This document shows, one piece after another, positions 1 through 16,250 of a stretch of DNA of 64,000 bases. The translations under genes were made by a program, and so were the position numbers. Positions within the stretch are counted from its first letter, which is position 1. Each line of letters starts with the position of its first letter. The stretch is from the human T2T-CHM13v2.0 reference genome, Homo sapiens. The DNA lies in the NCBI GenBank assembly GCA_009914755.4, contig CP068257.2, forward strand, positions 5,760,001 to 5,824,000, read 5' to 3'. The notes below the pieces were generated by a model. That model worked only from the letters and a program-made list of their open reading frames with translations. It was not told the origin of the DNA and did not search any database.

Positions 1-625
1 ATATCACCGATCATCAGAGAAATTCAAATCAAAACTACAATAAGATATCATCTTACCCCCATTAAAATGGCTTTTATGCAAAAGACAGGCAATAACAAAT
101 GCTTGCAAGAATGTAGGGAAAAGAGAACCCTCTTACTCTGTTGGTGGGAATGTAAATTAGTACATTCACTATGGAGAACAATATGGAGGTCCCTCAAAAA
201 ATTAAAAATAGAACTATCATATGATACAGCAATCCCACTGCTGGGTATATACCCAAGGGAGGGAAAATTAGTATATGAAAGAGATATCTGCATTCCCATA
301 TTTATTTCAGCACTATTCATAATAGCCAAGATTTGGAAGCAACCTAAGTGTGCATCAACAGATGAAGGGATAAAGAAAATGTAGTACATGTACACAATGG
401 AGTACTCTTCAGCCATGAAAAACAATAAGATTGTGTCACTTGCAACAACGTGGATGGAACTAGGGAACATTATGTTAAGTACAATGAGCCAGGCACAGAA
501 AGACTTTGCATGTTCTCACACATTTGTGGGAGTTAAAAATTAAAACAATTGAACTCATCAAGATGGAGAGTAGACTGAGAGTTTCCAGAGGCTGGGAAGA
601 GTAGCGGTGTTATGGGATCTTTGGA
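1..625 (+). mobile_element. Old LINE-1 (L1PB/L1MA-like) 3' portion: ORF2 C-terminus plus 3'UTR, 5'-truncated by the window edge
   Basis: ORF 67-384 translates to an L1 ORF2 C-terminal peptide ([43 protein letters not shown]...IAKIWKQPKCASTDEGIKKM). The downstream AGAGTTTCCAGAGGCTGGGAAGAGTAGCGGTG resembles the older-L1 3'UTR motif GGTTACCAGAGGCTGGGAAGGGTAGTGGGG. Confidence 0.8.
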
Positions 626-1160
626 GTGTCACTTTTCTGGACAGAAACCTCTATGGCTGGTGGCACCTTTACCTGAGTTTTGCTTGGGCCCCGCCCACTC
701 AGCCTGGCAGGCTGTGCTCAGCTCATGCTACCAGGTTGGATCCCATGTTTGCCAAGGGAGACTGCGTGGAGTGGCAAGGGGTGTGTGAGCAAGCATGGGG
801 TCTGGCCACTGTGCAGTCAGACTTCCTGGCTGCTGCAGTGGGGCAGGTAGCTCCAGGTGCCAACATGGGTGCCAGCTCTCCACAAGTCTGTGGCTGGACC
901 ACGGGCACCGCAAGCAGCTTCCGCAGCTGGCACACTGGGAACACAGTGGCACCCGGAAGCTTGGAGATACCAGGAACCACAGGGCCCCAAAGAGGGAATC
1001 ACAGCCCTGGCTCGGGGAGCTCCCAGGTCTGGGCTTCCCAAAGGGTCACAGCTCTTGTTTCCTTCTCTTTGCCCACAATGTGGCAAGCAAGGGGCATGAC
1101 TCAGCCCTGTTTGTGTTACAGCTCTTTCAGCCTCTTCCCTAGGATTTGTCATAATTAATT
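626..1160. other. GC-rich, CpG-depleted non-coding block; possibly an LTR-type repeat, family unassigned
   Basis: Long ORFs overlap on both strands (183 aa on +, 111 aa on -), as expected in GC-rich non-coding DNA. Only about 7 CpG in about 535 bp of about 60% GC. Directly adjacent to ERVK-like env remnant. No similarity to the ERV LTRs at 18091-18333 or 20321-20607. Confidence 0.3.
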
Positions 1161-1232
1161 CTCATATTGTCATATTTTTTTACATTTGTTTCAACTTCAG
1201 AAGATGCATAGATCTAAACACAACATAATATG

Positions 1233-1724
1233 TTAGCTAGCTGCCATATGAATTTCTCCGTGTTTCACCACTATGTAGCCTAAAGTTATTCCGTCATCCA
1301 TGACTATCCTGGCTAAAGAGTCTAAAGATCTTTGTTTGGTAGCTATGGCTTCAGCTAGTTCATTCACTAATTTACCTAGAGTGGTTGACAGATTTCTAAT
1401 TATACGTTCATGAGAGGTTACTCCCCACCATTGCAAGTGACTTCTGCCAAACATTGGCCAAAATTCACCTCCTTGGTTTGCAGGTATGGTTTGTCTAATC
1501 CTGGAAAGTAATTTCGATGAACTACTTCAGTGTTCAGAAACATTGGAGTTATAAATAGAAAGAGGAAGAGTCACATAACCTAATAGACAATTACTTCTCA
1601 TATGCCAGCGGTCAACACATTCATAAGCCCATGGGTGGTTGATCCAGGGACCACACAGGGTCCCTGACAGACTCTGAAAGTTAAGGCTTTGGTTTACTGG
1701 TAACAGAGACAGGTTAAAGTACAT
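1233..1724 (-). pseudogene. Betaretrovirus-like (ERVK/HML) env transmembrane-subunit fragment
   Basis: Minus-strand ORFs 1527-1724 and 1233-1454 give ...SIYNSNVSEH / HLQ...LVNELAEAIATK...DDGITLGYIVVKHGE. These are collinear with HERV-K Env TM ...QIYNESEHHWDMVRRHLQ...[25 protein letters not shown]. The fragment ends in a stop before the membrane anchor. Confidence 0.6.
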
Positions 1725-2330
1725 GTCTTCAGTCTTGAGTAGAGTGTAATCAGTCTCATTTTTTTTTTAATGAGACAAACATCAGGTAAAGACCTTGACA
1801 AGAAGGAAGAGAAATCCCGAGATTCTATAATCATAATAATCGAATTGTAATTGCTAGTTTAAGTAGTCCTTCAAAAATACATCTCATTCCTGACAGGATA
1901 AAACAAGTTTTAAAAAATATATTATATTCAGATTCACTAGGGAACACTTGGAGCCAGGAAATAATTCAGGATTCAGCCCAAATTATAGGCAAATAATAAA
2001 AACTCTAAAACAATGATCAGGGTTGGAATCTAATAGCATATGTCATAGTTTTCTTTTGGAACATAAATTTTCTCTCTAGTCCATCATTTTATCAAAGACA
2101 AATCATAGTAGGACCAATTTTGTATGCAAAATAAGTTTTAGTCTTATCATACCGGGCCTGATTATTTCCATAAAGGGCAGCAAGAATATTTATTGGCCAT
2201 ATAGGCTTCTTAAAATTGGCTTTGTTGGAAATTTTTAATAAGGAATCTTAGACTTTTAAGAGCCTTGAAGCTAGTCAAGTCAAAGATTTGCATCAGACTG
2301 TGTCTGTAATAATTTTTTAACCTACTTTTT
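1725..2330 (-). other. Probable continuation of the same env remnant (SU C-terminus / cleavage-site region), heavily degraded
   Basis: Contiguous with the TM fragment on the same strand. Minus-strand translation just upstream of the TM ORF gives a basic KKK stretch followed by a hydrophobic segment, reminiscent of a furin site and fusion peptide. No long ORF survives. Confidence 0.3.
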
Positions 2331-2544
2331 TAAATTATACTTTAAGTTCTGGGGTACATGTGCAGAACGTGCAGGTTTGTTACATAGGTATATATATTCT
2401 GCGGTGGTTTGCTGCACCCATCAACCCATCACCTATAATAAGCATTTCTCCTAATGCTATCCCTCTCCCTGCCCCCACCCCCCAACAGGCCCCAGTGTGT
2501 GATGTTCCCCTCCCTGTGTCCATGTGTTCTCATTGTTCAACTCC

Positions 2545-6260
<3,716 letters not shown>

Positions 6261-6329
6261 TGATCCTGTCATTATGATACTAGCTGGTTATTTTGCTCAT
6301 TAGTTGATGCAGATTTTTCATAGTGTCAA

Positions 6330-7358
6330 TGGTCTGTATAATTTGTTACGTTTTTGCAGTGGCTGTTACCAGTTGTTCCTTTCCATGTTTAGTGCTTCCT
6401 TCAGGAGCTCTTGTAAGGCAGGCCTGGTGGTGACAATATCTCTCAGCATTTGCTTGTAAAGGATTTTATTTCTACTTCAATTATGAAGCTTAGTTTGCCT
6501 GGATATGAAATTCTGGCTTGAAAATTCTTTTCTTTAGGAATGTTGTATATTGGCCCCCACTCTCTTCTGGCTTGTAGGCTTTCTGCCAAGAGATCCACTG
6601 TTAGTCTGATGGGCTTCCCTTTGTGGGTAACTCAACCTTTCTCTCTGGATGCCCTTTATATTTTTTCCTTCATTTCAACCTTGGTGAATCTGATGATTTT
6701 GTGTCTTGGGGTTGCTCTTCTTGAGGAATATCTTAGTGGTGTTCTCTGTATTTCCTGAATTTGAATGTTGGCCTGTCTTGCTAGGTTGGGGAAGTTCTCC
6801 TGGATAATATCCTTGAGAGTGTTTTCCAACTTGGTTCCATTCTCTCTGTCACTTTCAGGTAAACGAATCAAACATAGATTCAGTGTTTTAACATATTCCT
6901 CTATTTCTTGGAGGCTTTGTTCATTTCTTTCACTCTTTTTTCTCGAATCTTTTCTTCTTGCTTTATTTCATTGAGTTGATCTTCAATCTCTGATATTCTT
7001 TCTCCTGCTTGATTGATTCAGCTATTGATACTTGTGTATGCTTCATGAAGTTCTTGTGCTGGGTTTTTCAGCTCCATCAGTTCATTTATATTCTTCTCTA
7101 AACTGGTTATTCTAGTTAACAATTCGTCCTACCTTTTTTTTTCAGGCTCTTAGCTTCCTTGCATTGGGTTAGAACACGCTCCTTTAGCTTGGAGGAGTTT
7201 GTTATTACCCGCCTTCTGAAGCCTACTTCTGTCAATCCCTCAAACTCATTGTCTGTCCAGCTTTGTTCCCTTGCTGGTGGGGAGTTGTGATCTTCTGGAG
7301 GAGAAGAGGCATTCTGGCTTTTGGAGTTTTCAGCCTTTTTGCACTGGTTTCTCCCCAT
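6330..7358 (-). pseudogene. L1 ORF1 remnant with internal deletion in the coiled-coil region
   Basis: N-terminal piece MGRNQCKKAENSKSQNASSPPEDHNSPPAREQSWTDNEFEGL (7116-7358). C-terminal piece ENGTKLENTLKDIIQENFPNLARQANIQIQEIQRTPLRYSSRRATPRHKIIRFTKVEMKEKI (6656-6871). The spacing between them is about 70 nt shorter than in L1HS ORF1. Confidence 0.8.
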
Positions 7359-7813
7359 CTTTGTGGATTTATCTACCTTTGGTCTTTGATGTTGGTGATG
7401 TTGATACTATTCCTTTATGTTTGTTAGTTTTCCTTCTACCAGTCAGGTCCCTCTGCTGCAGGTTTGCTCGAGTTTGCTGGAGGTCCACTCCAGACCCTGT
7501 TTGCCTGGGTATCACCAGTGGAGGCTCAGTTGGAAATGCATGAACCACCTGCCTTCTGTGTTGATCCCACTGGGTGCTGCAGACCGGAGCTGTTCCTATT
7601 CAGACATCTTGCCAGCTCTCCTGTGATACTTTTATGAATGGGTGTAGTCCTGTCTTCTCAAGGTCCCCAAATAACTTGAGGTTCCTGGGCCAGTCAGAAA
7701 GTGACATTCTTTACTTCTTACCACAAGGACAGCAACTTTGTAAAGGACCCTTGTAGACAAGACACCAAGCCAGTCATTCTAAGGGGCTTTGCATTGGTGC
7801 TATAAAGTCAAGC

Positions 7814-8029
7814 TCAATTCCTTAAAGTGGTCTGGTTGTATCTGCCGTTCGAGTTAAAGACTTGATAAAACAAACAGTGTCTCCAATTGAATCCTGTTAC
7901 CAAAAATAGATTCTTATTGAAATTATGCAAATAATTATATTGCCATAATTTAGGAATGCTCACGAATGGCTTCTGAATTCTGGAGAAATCAGTTAGAGAG
8001 ACAGATAAATGGCTCAAATTTTTGTTCAC
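7814..8029 (-). pseudogene. Possible ERVK-like env surface-subunit fragment
   Basis: Minus ORF contains GFNWRHCLFYQ. Compare HERV-K Env SU ...CIDSTFNWQHRILLVRA. This lies upstream, in env terms, of the TM fragment at 1233-1724, and the two are separated by the L1 insertion at 2331-7625. Confidence 0.35.
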
Positions 8030-8404
8030 AATGTAGTTTTTCTAACGTAGGGTAAGTTAAAAATAGCTGAAAAGAAAAAAAATTCTTGACTTTGGAAAAC
8101 AAAACATAAAGAGAATCAACAATGTTTCCAATGGAAGGGCCATGAATAAAATCTTTTCCTTCTTTTATAAGTTCAGTCCAATGTAACTAAATCTTGTTCT
8201 GCTTGATTTCAAAGAGCAATTCTCATTCAGTTTTTTGTGTTTTGCTTGATTTCAATTGGAAATTCTCATTCAGCTTTTTAGAGTCCTGGAAGATTTTCCT
8301 AGTCCAATGGTATGATCCCCAAAGTTATCTGAAACCATATTTAAGAGAACTTGTCAGAGTCCTTTCCATTAAAAGTAATTTAGATGATAGCTGATTGTAA
8401 AGGC

Positions 8405-8748
8405 TTTTTTTTTTTTGAGACATGGTCTGGTTCTATCACTCAGGATGGAGTGCAGTGGCATGATCTTGGCTCACCACAATTTCTCCCTCCCAAACTCAAG
8501 CCATCCTCCTACCTCAGCCTCCGAAGTAGTTGGGACCATAGGCATGCACCATCATGCTGGCCAATTTTTGTATTTTTGTAGAGACAGGGTTTTACCATGT
8601 TGCCCAGGATGCTTTCAAACTTCTGAGTTCAAGCAATTCACCCACCTCGGCCTTGCAAAGTGCTGGGATTTTTACACGTGTGAGCCACCGTGCCCTGCAC
8701 CACGCCCAGCACCGTGCCCTGCACAGTCTCCAGCAGCACGCCCGGCCT
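8405..8748 (-). mobile_element. Alu (minus), with internal irregularity/duplication near its 5' end
   Basis: Poly-T then TGAGACATGGTCTGGTTCTATCACTCAGGATGGAGTGCAGTGGCATGATCTTGGCTCAC. Ends with ...GTGAGCCACCGTGCCCTGCACCACGCCCAGCACCGTGCCCTGCA...CGCCCGGCC. Confidence 0.8.
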
Positions 8749-9118
8749 GTAAAGGGTTTTAGAGAAGAACTTTAAACAATCACCGTGGATGACAAAAACT
8801 TAGAATATCCTTTGGTTAAAATCCAGTGGAAGTTCTCGACCTGCGAGAAAATTTATTTATTTCTATTATATGTAGCATTTTAAGATAACAGCCAGAATCA
8901 TGACTGATGGCAACACATCAGATCCATCAGACTTCCACAAATTTTATATAATCTTTAGAATATTCATATTAATAATATATCTATACATATACAACTTTAG
9001 AGAATATTTAACATCATCAAAATTATGACTGATACCATATTAGATTTTTATAATTTATATAACATTTAAAATATTTATATTAATAATGTACCTATAAATG
9101 TAACCAAAAGAAGATTTA

Positions 9119-9409
9119 GGCCAGGCACAGTGGCTCATGTCTGTAATCCCAACACTTTGGGAGGCCAAGTTGGACAGATCATCAGAGGTCAGGAGTTTGA
9201 CACCAGCCTGGCCAACATGGAGAAATCTTGTTTCTACTAAAAATACAAAATTAGCCGGGCGTGGTGGCATGTGTCTGTAGTCTCAGCTACTTGGGAGGTT
9301 GAGGCAGGAGAATCGCTTGAACCTTGGGGCAGAGGTTGCAATGGACCTAGATCACGCCACTGCACTCCAGCCTGGGTGACAAAGCAAGATTCTGTCTCAG
9401 AGAAAAAAA
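9119..9409 (+). mobile_element. Alu (plus) with 12-bp TSD AAAGAAGATTTA
   Basis: GGCCAGGCACAGTGGCTCATGTCTGTAATCCCAACACTTTGGGAGGCCAAG...poly-A. The TSD occurs at 9107-9118 and again at 9410-9421. Confidence 0.9.
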
Positions 9410-9545
9410 AAAGAAGATTTAGTGTTACTTATCTTTTGGCAATGCTTCCCATACAATGTTATCAAATAAGATTTAGCAAAGATGTCAAAAAATTGAAAAC
9501 ATTTGACCAAAACAGAATGACAGTTTATTGTTTTTTATTTTATTA

Positions 9546-9832
9546 TTTTTTTGAGACAGGGTCTCACCCTGTTGCCCAGGCTGGAGTGCAGTGGTGAAAT
9601 CATGGCTCACTGCAGCCTCAACCTCCCAGGCTCAGGTGATCCTCCACCTTAGTATCCCAAGTAGCCAGGACTATGAGCACTTGTTACGACACATAGCTAG
9701 CTTTTGTATTTTCAGTAGAGATGCGGTTTTGCCATTTTGCCCAGGCTGGACTTGAACTCCTGGGCTCAAGTGATCCACCCACCTTGGCTTCCCAAAGGGC
9801 CAGAATTACAGACATGAGCCGCTGCACACAGC
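9546..9832 (-). mobile_element. Alu (minus)
   Basis: TTTTTTTGAGACAGGGTCTCACCCTGTTGCCCAGGCTGGAGTGCAGTGGTGAAATCATGGCTCACTGCAGCCTCAACCTCCCAGGCTCAGGTGATCC...GAGCCGCTGCACACAGCC. Confidence 0.85.
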
Positions 9833-11012
9833 CACATGTCATTTTTAAATAACAGTCATTCATTTAATTAGCATGACAACCAAAAGACATCAAAAGCAAC
9901 GTAGAAGGTTACATGGATGTGATAACTGAAAACCCTCAGTTTTCCCAAGTAATTAAAAAAAAATAAAGGCAACACATGGATTATCTTGATAAAACCTAAA
10001 ATCTTTATTACAGGCCAGTCATTTAAAGGGTAAAACTCCTGTGGCATAACTGTGTCTTCTTACGGGAAACTAATTTAAATCACTTGGAAGTCAATTCCGA
10101 TGACAAGGAGACTTGAATTTAATTAGACATAGAAAGAGTGTGTCCAGGGTCATGAGTGAGCATAATATTACAAAGGAATGTCAACAGGAAAACCAGAGCA
10201 TAGAGCAGTGGGGATCCATAGCTCACAATGATAGCAAGAAAGTTTCCTGGTTACATGAAGTAATTAAGACATATTTAAAAGCCAAGAGTATAAAATTAGA
10301 CCTGATGAAAAAGCTGAAGGAGTTATCATCCCAGCCAAGCAGGAAACCCAAGCCTTTTATTCCTTCTCAAGAAGGAACAGGAGACAGTGATGTGACCTGT
10401 GAGTCATGTGTAACATGAAAGTACAGGAAAAGTTGAACTTCTGATATACAAATCTGAAAAGTTTTTATAGTAACAGATTTCAGGATTAAAAGTCAATATT
10501 TATTACCTCTTATTATGAGCAAATAAATACATTAAGAAAACCTTGTTGTTTTAACCCAAATTTTTAGTTTTTTATCACTGTTTTTAATATTATAGCTAAT
10601 TTAAATAAACTTTATAAACAATCTATCTGATCTCAATCAGTTTTGGCCTCGATGTAAGATTTACATAAACTTTTAATAACCTTGTATAATTTTTTCATCT
10701 TTCCCAACTTTTTATACACATGTAGTTTTATCTATCTTTTTTATTCCTTCAATTTAAAATAATCCTTAAAAATCTCTAAGTGAATTTACTTTCTCTGAAA
10801 CAAAAACCGGTATACATTTTGCATACAGAATTGTTTCTCTTGTATCTAGTAGTCTTAATCACACATATCTAGCAAGATATTAACACTTAGTAACCCTTAT
10901 TTTAATAAAAAACCTAGGAAGCAAGAAATCTGGAATTGTCATATAGCAGTATCTTACATATGAGAATAATTTCATAATTTAGAATTATGTGTTCCTAAAA
11001 CATATTTTTTAA

Positions 11013-11296
<284 letters not shown>

Positions 11297-11381
11297 AAAA
11301 CATAAGTTTTAAATTGGAAATAACCCAGATATTTAATGAGTATCTATTATTTAATTTAACATAACTAAAATTTCAAAAATA

Positions 11382-11651
11382 GGCTGGGCATGGTGGCTCA
11401 CACCTGTAATCCCAACACTTTAGGAGGCCTAGGCAGGAGTATCATGAAACCAGCCTGAGAAAACTAGTGAGATGCTGACTCTACAAAAAAAATAAAAGTT
11501 AGCTGACCATGGTGGTGTATGCCTGTAATTAACAGCTACATGGGAGGCTGAGGTGGGAGGATCCCTTGAGTGCAGAAGGTCAAGGTTGCAGTGAGTTGTG
11601 ATCATGCCACTGCACTTCAGCATGGGTGACAGACAGAGACACTGTCTCAAA
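11382..11651 (+). mobile_element. Alu (plus) with 15-bp TSD AAAATTTCAAAAATA
   Basis: GGCTGGGCATGGTGGCTCACACCTGTAATCCCAACACTTTAGGAGGCCTAGGCAGG...poly-A. The TSD occurs at 11367-11381 and 11652-11666. Confidence 0.9.
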
Positions 11652-12140
11652 AAAATTTCAAAAATACATTAAGATGTCTTGTATAGACATTTATCCATTT
11701 ACATTTACTTATTTTTGACAGTTTATCTAGAGTATTTGTGAGAACTGAGGTATTAGACAAAGCTAGTCATCATTTCTAGGTTATTTTCTTGTTAACCATG
11801 TTATAGCCTGTGAATATCAGGTGTTCACGTAAGTGAGGACTTCAAAGTTAAATACATGGGTATTTTACCAATAACTCAGAAAATTCCATTATTTTTGTTC
11901 AACAAACCATATTAAATTGGTCTTATGTATTTAAAAAATCACATAAACAAATATTCTTTTTTCCTGTGTTTATAGCTTTATAACCTTCATGCCAAACCCT
12001 AGCACCTTAAAATATCTAGCAAATGTAAATATAAAACACAGTCAAAAATGTATGCTGACAAGTCTGAAGAGATTTCTATTTTCTATTTTTATTTTATCAA
12101 TACTTTTTAAATTATTTGTATTTATAAAAGAACTCTTTTG

Positions 12141-12452
<312 letters not shown>

Positions 12453-12695
12453 AAAGAATTGTTTCATTCTTTTGTTTTTCTTCAGCCAAGTGACCTTGAA
12501 TTAGTAACACCACAGACAGTAAGTCTTATCTCAACACCAGTAGACAAATCAGCAGATTCAAAGTAGGCAGGGAAAAAAAAAAGATAGGCAAAAGAACTGA
12601 GACTTTTTCACTTTAGGGTTTTTAAAAATAGTAACTATTTGAGTTCTGAATTTTCTTTCATGTAATTTGGCCATCAGGTTTAAAGTGTGCACTAG

Positions 12696-13001
12696 AGGTC
12701 AGGTGCAGTGGCTCATGAGTGTAATCCCAACACTATCGGAGGCTGAGGCAGGTGGATCACTTGAGGCCAGGAGTTTGAGACCAGCCTGGCCAATGTGACA
12801 AAACCCCATCTCTACTGAATATACAAAAATTAACTGGGTGTGGTAGTGTCCACCTGTAGTCCCAGCTATTCAGGAGGCTGAGGAAGGATAATTGCTCAAA
12901 CCTGGGAGGCGGAGGTTGCAGTGAGCCGCGATTGTACCACCATACTCCATCCTGGGCAACAGAGCAAGACTCTGTGTCAAAAAGAAAAAGGAAAAAAAAA
13001 G
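12696..13001 (+). mobile_element. Alu (plus)
   Basis: AGGTCAGGTGCAGTGGCTCATGAGTGTAATCCCAACACTATCGGAGGCTGAGGCAGGTGGATCACTTGAGGCCAGGAGTTTGAGACCAGCCTGGCCAA... A-rich tail. Confidence 0.9.
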
Positions 13002-13017
13002 TATATATATATGTATA

Positions 13018-13391
<374 letters not shown>

Positions 13392-14061
13392 CTAGCAAGC
13401 TTAAGGTTAGAGCTTCTCATTTTGGCCTTTTCAAGATTAAATCTCCTTTAGTAGACCCTTCCCCTCTAGGGAGGTACTTGCCGGAGCGCTGCCTGAAGTT
13501 GGTTTTCTGATGCCCTGTTGTTTCTGTTCTGAATGGTTTATTTCTCATTATAAGAGCTCAGCAAAGCAGGCAGAGTTAAAAAGCAGAGACATGAAGGCTT
13601 TAAAATCATGGACTTCACTCCTACACTGAATCTCAGGTCCCCAGAAAGACAGAAACACCATGGGACCACAGCAAAGGCAGAAGGAGGAGTGAGAGAGGGA
13701 GGTGGACAGAACAACAAACAGGAGTTGGCTCTCATTTTTTCACGCGTGCCATTTTCTTTAGGTTTTTCTAGTTTATGGAGACTCTTTGTTCCAGTTGAGC
13801 ACACAGATAAACTAGAGATCTCACAAGGCTTTTGCTGAGAACATCAAAGCCTTTAACCTCTGTTGGGCCAAATATTTAGACCAAAAATACAGACAGACAC
13901 ACAAAAGCCAGAACCGGACCAGATTGAGTAGCTTAGTGGCTACAGCCTTTATTCCCTTTATTCTTTAGGATACGAACTCAAACCAGATTCAGGGTTCTAA
14001 CCCAACCAGGACCCCCCTGGGGTGAAACTGAAACCCCACAGTCTAGACAAGGTTGGGGGTC

Positions 14062-14355
<294 letters not shown>

Positions 14356-14479
14356 TGCTTGTTCTTTTCATTTCATCCTGATCTCCGAATACAGGAGAGT
14401 AGCTGATTTGGTGTTCACTAACAAGCACAGAAGCTTTGTTACATTTACAGTGTCATTCTTGGCAAAACCTGAAGTTTTG

Positions 14480-14691
14480 CCTCCTGGATTCATGCCATTC
14501 TCCTGCCTCAGCCTCCTGAGTAGCTGGGACTATAGGCGCCCGCCACCTCACCCAGCTAATTTTTTGTATTTTTAGTAGAGACGGGGTTTTGCCGTGTTAG
14601 CCAGGATGGTCTCGATCTCCTGACCTTGTGATCCGCCCACCTCGGCCTTCCAGAGTGCTGGGATTACAGGCGTGAGCCACCGCGCCCAGCC
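14480..14691 (-). mobile_element. Alu (minus), partial; missing the poly-A-proximal end
   Basis: Begins mid-element with CCTCCTGGATTCATGCCATTCTCCTGCCTCAGCCTCCTGAGTAGCTGGGACTATAGGCGCCCGCCACC. Ends GGCGTGAGCCACCGCGCCCAGCC. Confidence 0.85.
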
Positions 14692-14699
14692 AGAAGCTC

Positions 14700-15170
14700 T
14701 AATTTCAATGATGATTGTGCTTTTTCTCTCTTCCTCAGCATCTGGCTCATGATAAAATTTCAGGTGTCTTGATGGTATCTAAATCAGTTGTTGATTCAGT
14801 CCTGGAGAAACACAAGCATAACCTCTATGCCAAGTTATAATTTTACCTATTTCCCAACTTTTTGTTATTGGATCTCTCCACCAAACCAGTTGGTCTGCTT
14901 CTGTCTTTGCAGCTGGTTTCTGTAGATGCTGTTCAGCTGCTGGTAACATCTGGCCTTTGGGCAGGCTCAAAAATTTGAAAGTTAATAATGCAAGATTCAA
15001 TTGTGTATGGGCTATCCCGTAATCCCTGTTTCTCCCCATTTTTTGTTTTTATTATCAGTTGTTCATCTGTATGAAATCTTAACTGAGCATTTTCAATTAA
15101 CTGTGTGGAATGACCCATGTATGAAGAATCAGAAATCACATTAACAGGCATATCAAAAGCAGTCAACACC
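14700..15170 (-). pseudogene. ERVK pol: RNase H end and integrase C-terminal domain
   Basis: NVISDSSYMGHSTQ (compare HERV-K NIISDSAYVVQAT). ...HTQLNLALLTFKFL...AAEQHL...LVWWRDPITKSWEIGKIITWHRGYACVSPGLNQQLI (compare HERV-K PQMQLNLALYTLNFL...SAEQHL...[34 protein letters not shown]). IPSRHLKFYHEP continues past a stop codon (compare WIPTRHLKFYNEP). Confidence 0.8.
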
Positions 15171-15639
15171 TCAATTACAGCTACAAGCTCCGCCTTTTGA
15201 GCTGAAGTATAGGGTGTCTGGAAAACTTTAGCTTTTGATCCAGAATAAGAACCTTTACCATTACTAGACCCATCTGTGAAACAATGAAAACGCTTAGCAG
15301 GCTGCAGGTTGTTTACTGCAGGAATTGTAAATGCAAACCGTTCACAGTCTTGCTCAGCTAAAAGGGTAGTAAAGAAACAGTCTTTTAAATCTGTGACTAT
15401 TAAAGGCCAATTTTTTGGAATTATAGTAGAGAAGGGAATCCTGGCTGTTATATTTCCATAGGTTGTATAACTGAATTGATGGCTCTTAAGTCAGTTAACA
15501 TTTTCCATTTACCTGATTTTTTCTTAATTATGAAAACTGGAGAATTCCAAGGGGAAAATGTTGGAGCTATGTGCCCATTTTCTAATTGTTCAGTAACTAA
15601 TTTCTCTAAAGCATCCAGTTTCCCTTTGCTTAGCAGCCA

Positions 15640-15912
15640 TTATTCTATCCAAATTGGCTTATCTGTTAACCATTTTAAAGGTATAGGTTCTGGAGGCTTA
15701 ACTATGGCCACCATCAAAAATGGTATCCTAATCTTTGGCAGGAACTTTGTCTTTCCGTTTGAAGCAGTTCTTTCAAACCTTGCAATTTTTTTTCTACTCC
15801 TATACCAGGGACATGCCCCATTTTGTGCATCATATGTTGACTTTGAGGGCTGTATAATTGTTATGGAATTAGAACTTGTGCTCCCCATTGTCATAATAAA
15901 TATCTCCCCCAT
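15640..15912 (-). pseudogene. ERVK protease C-terminus / G-patch / start of reverse transcriptase
   Basis: ...VKPPEPIPLKWLTDKPIWIE matches HERV-K RT start [21 protein letters not shown]. From here to the RNase H motif at about 15100 is only about 540 nt, against about 1.8 kb expected, so most of RT is deleted. Confidence 0.6.
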
Positions 15913-16136
15913 AAATTTATAGGTACAGAAGTTGCAATTGGTTGAACAGTCCCAGGTTGTCCATTGGGCCCTTCACAATGCAAAGTATAGCTACTCTGAT
16001 ACACTTCTGGAGCTTTAGCAGTTTCCACTGTGTTAAATTGAGTGGGCTGAATTGGCCACATGGATGGCCAGTGCTGTAGAGAAATAATTGAAATGTCCAC
16101 TCCTACCAAAAAAAAAAAAAAAATAGTATCTACCAA
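15891..16136 (-). pseudogene. ERVK retroviral aspartic protease, catalytic motif mutated
   Basis: FLVGVDISIISLQHWPSMWPIQPTQFNTVETAKAPEVYQSSYTLHCEGPNGQPGTVQPIATSVPINLWGRYLL. HERV-K protease is GLVDTGADVSIIALNQWPKNWPKQKAVTGLVGIGTASEVYQSTEILHCLGPDNQESTVQPMITSIPLNLWGRDLL. The DTGAD active site is replaced by GVDIS. Confidence 0.75.
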
Positions 16137-16250
16137 ACCTTTAAAGTTCTTTCCATGGATAGTTATTTCACAGATAGGATGTTTATCAGTAATTTGATTT
16201 ACCCAATAAGCTGCCTTGCCTTTTTTATTTGTGCTTCCAAATCCTCCAGT

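Noticed and set aside
607-1158. 183-aa ORF (plus) and overlapping antisense ORFs as protein-coding genes
   Set aside because: ORFs are open on both strands simultaneously. The region is CpG-depleted and GC-rich, a composition that suppresses stop codons. There are no recognisable protein motifs, and the peptides are Pro/Gly/Ala/Ser-rich and low in complexity.
8405-8748. Duplicated CACCGTGCCCTGCACCACGCCCAGCACCGTGCCCTGCA within an Alu as a novel tandem repeat
   Set aside because: Short internal duplication at the 5' end of an Alu (reverse-complemented). Consistent with replication slippage within the GC-rich Alu head and not an independent feature.
10113-10418. 101-aa plus-strand ORF in unique AT-rich sequence
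   Set aside because: No Kozak-like context, no splice signals, no motif similarity. A 300-nt ORF is expected by chance at this base composition.
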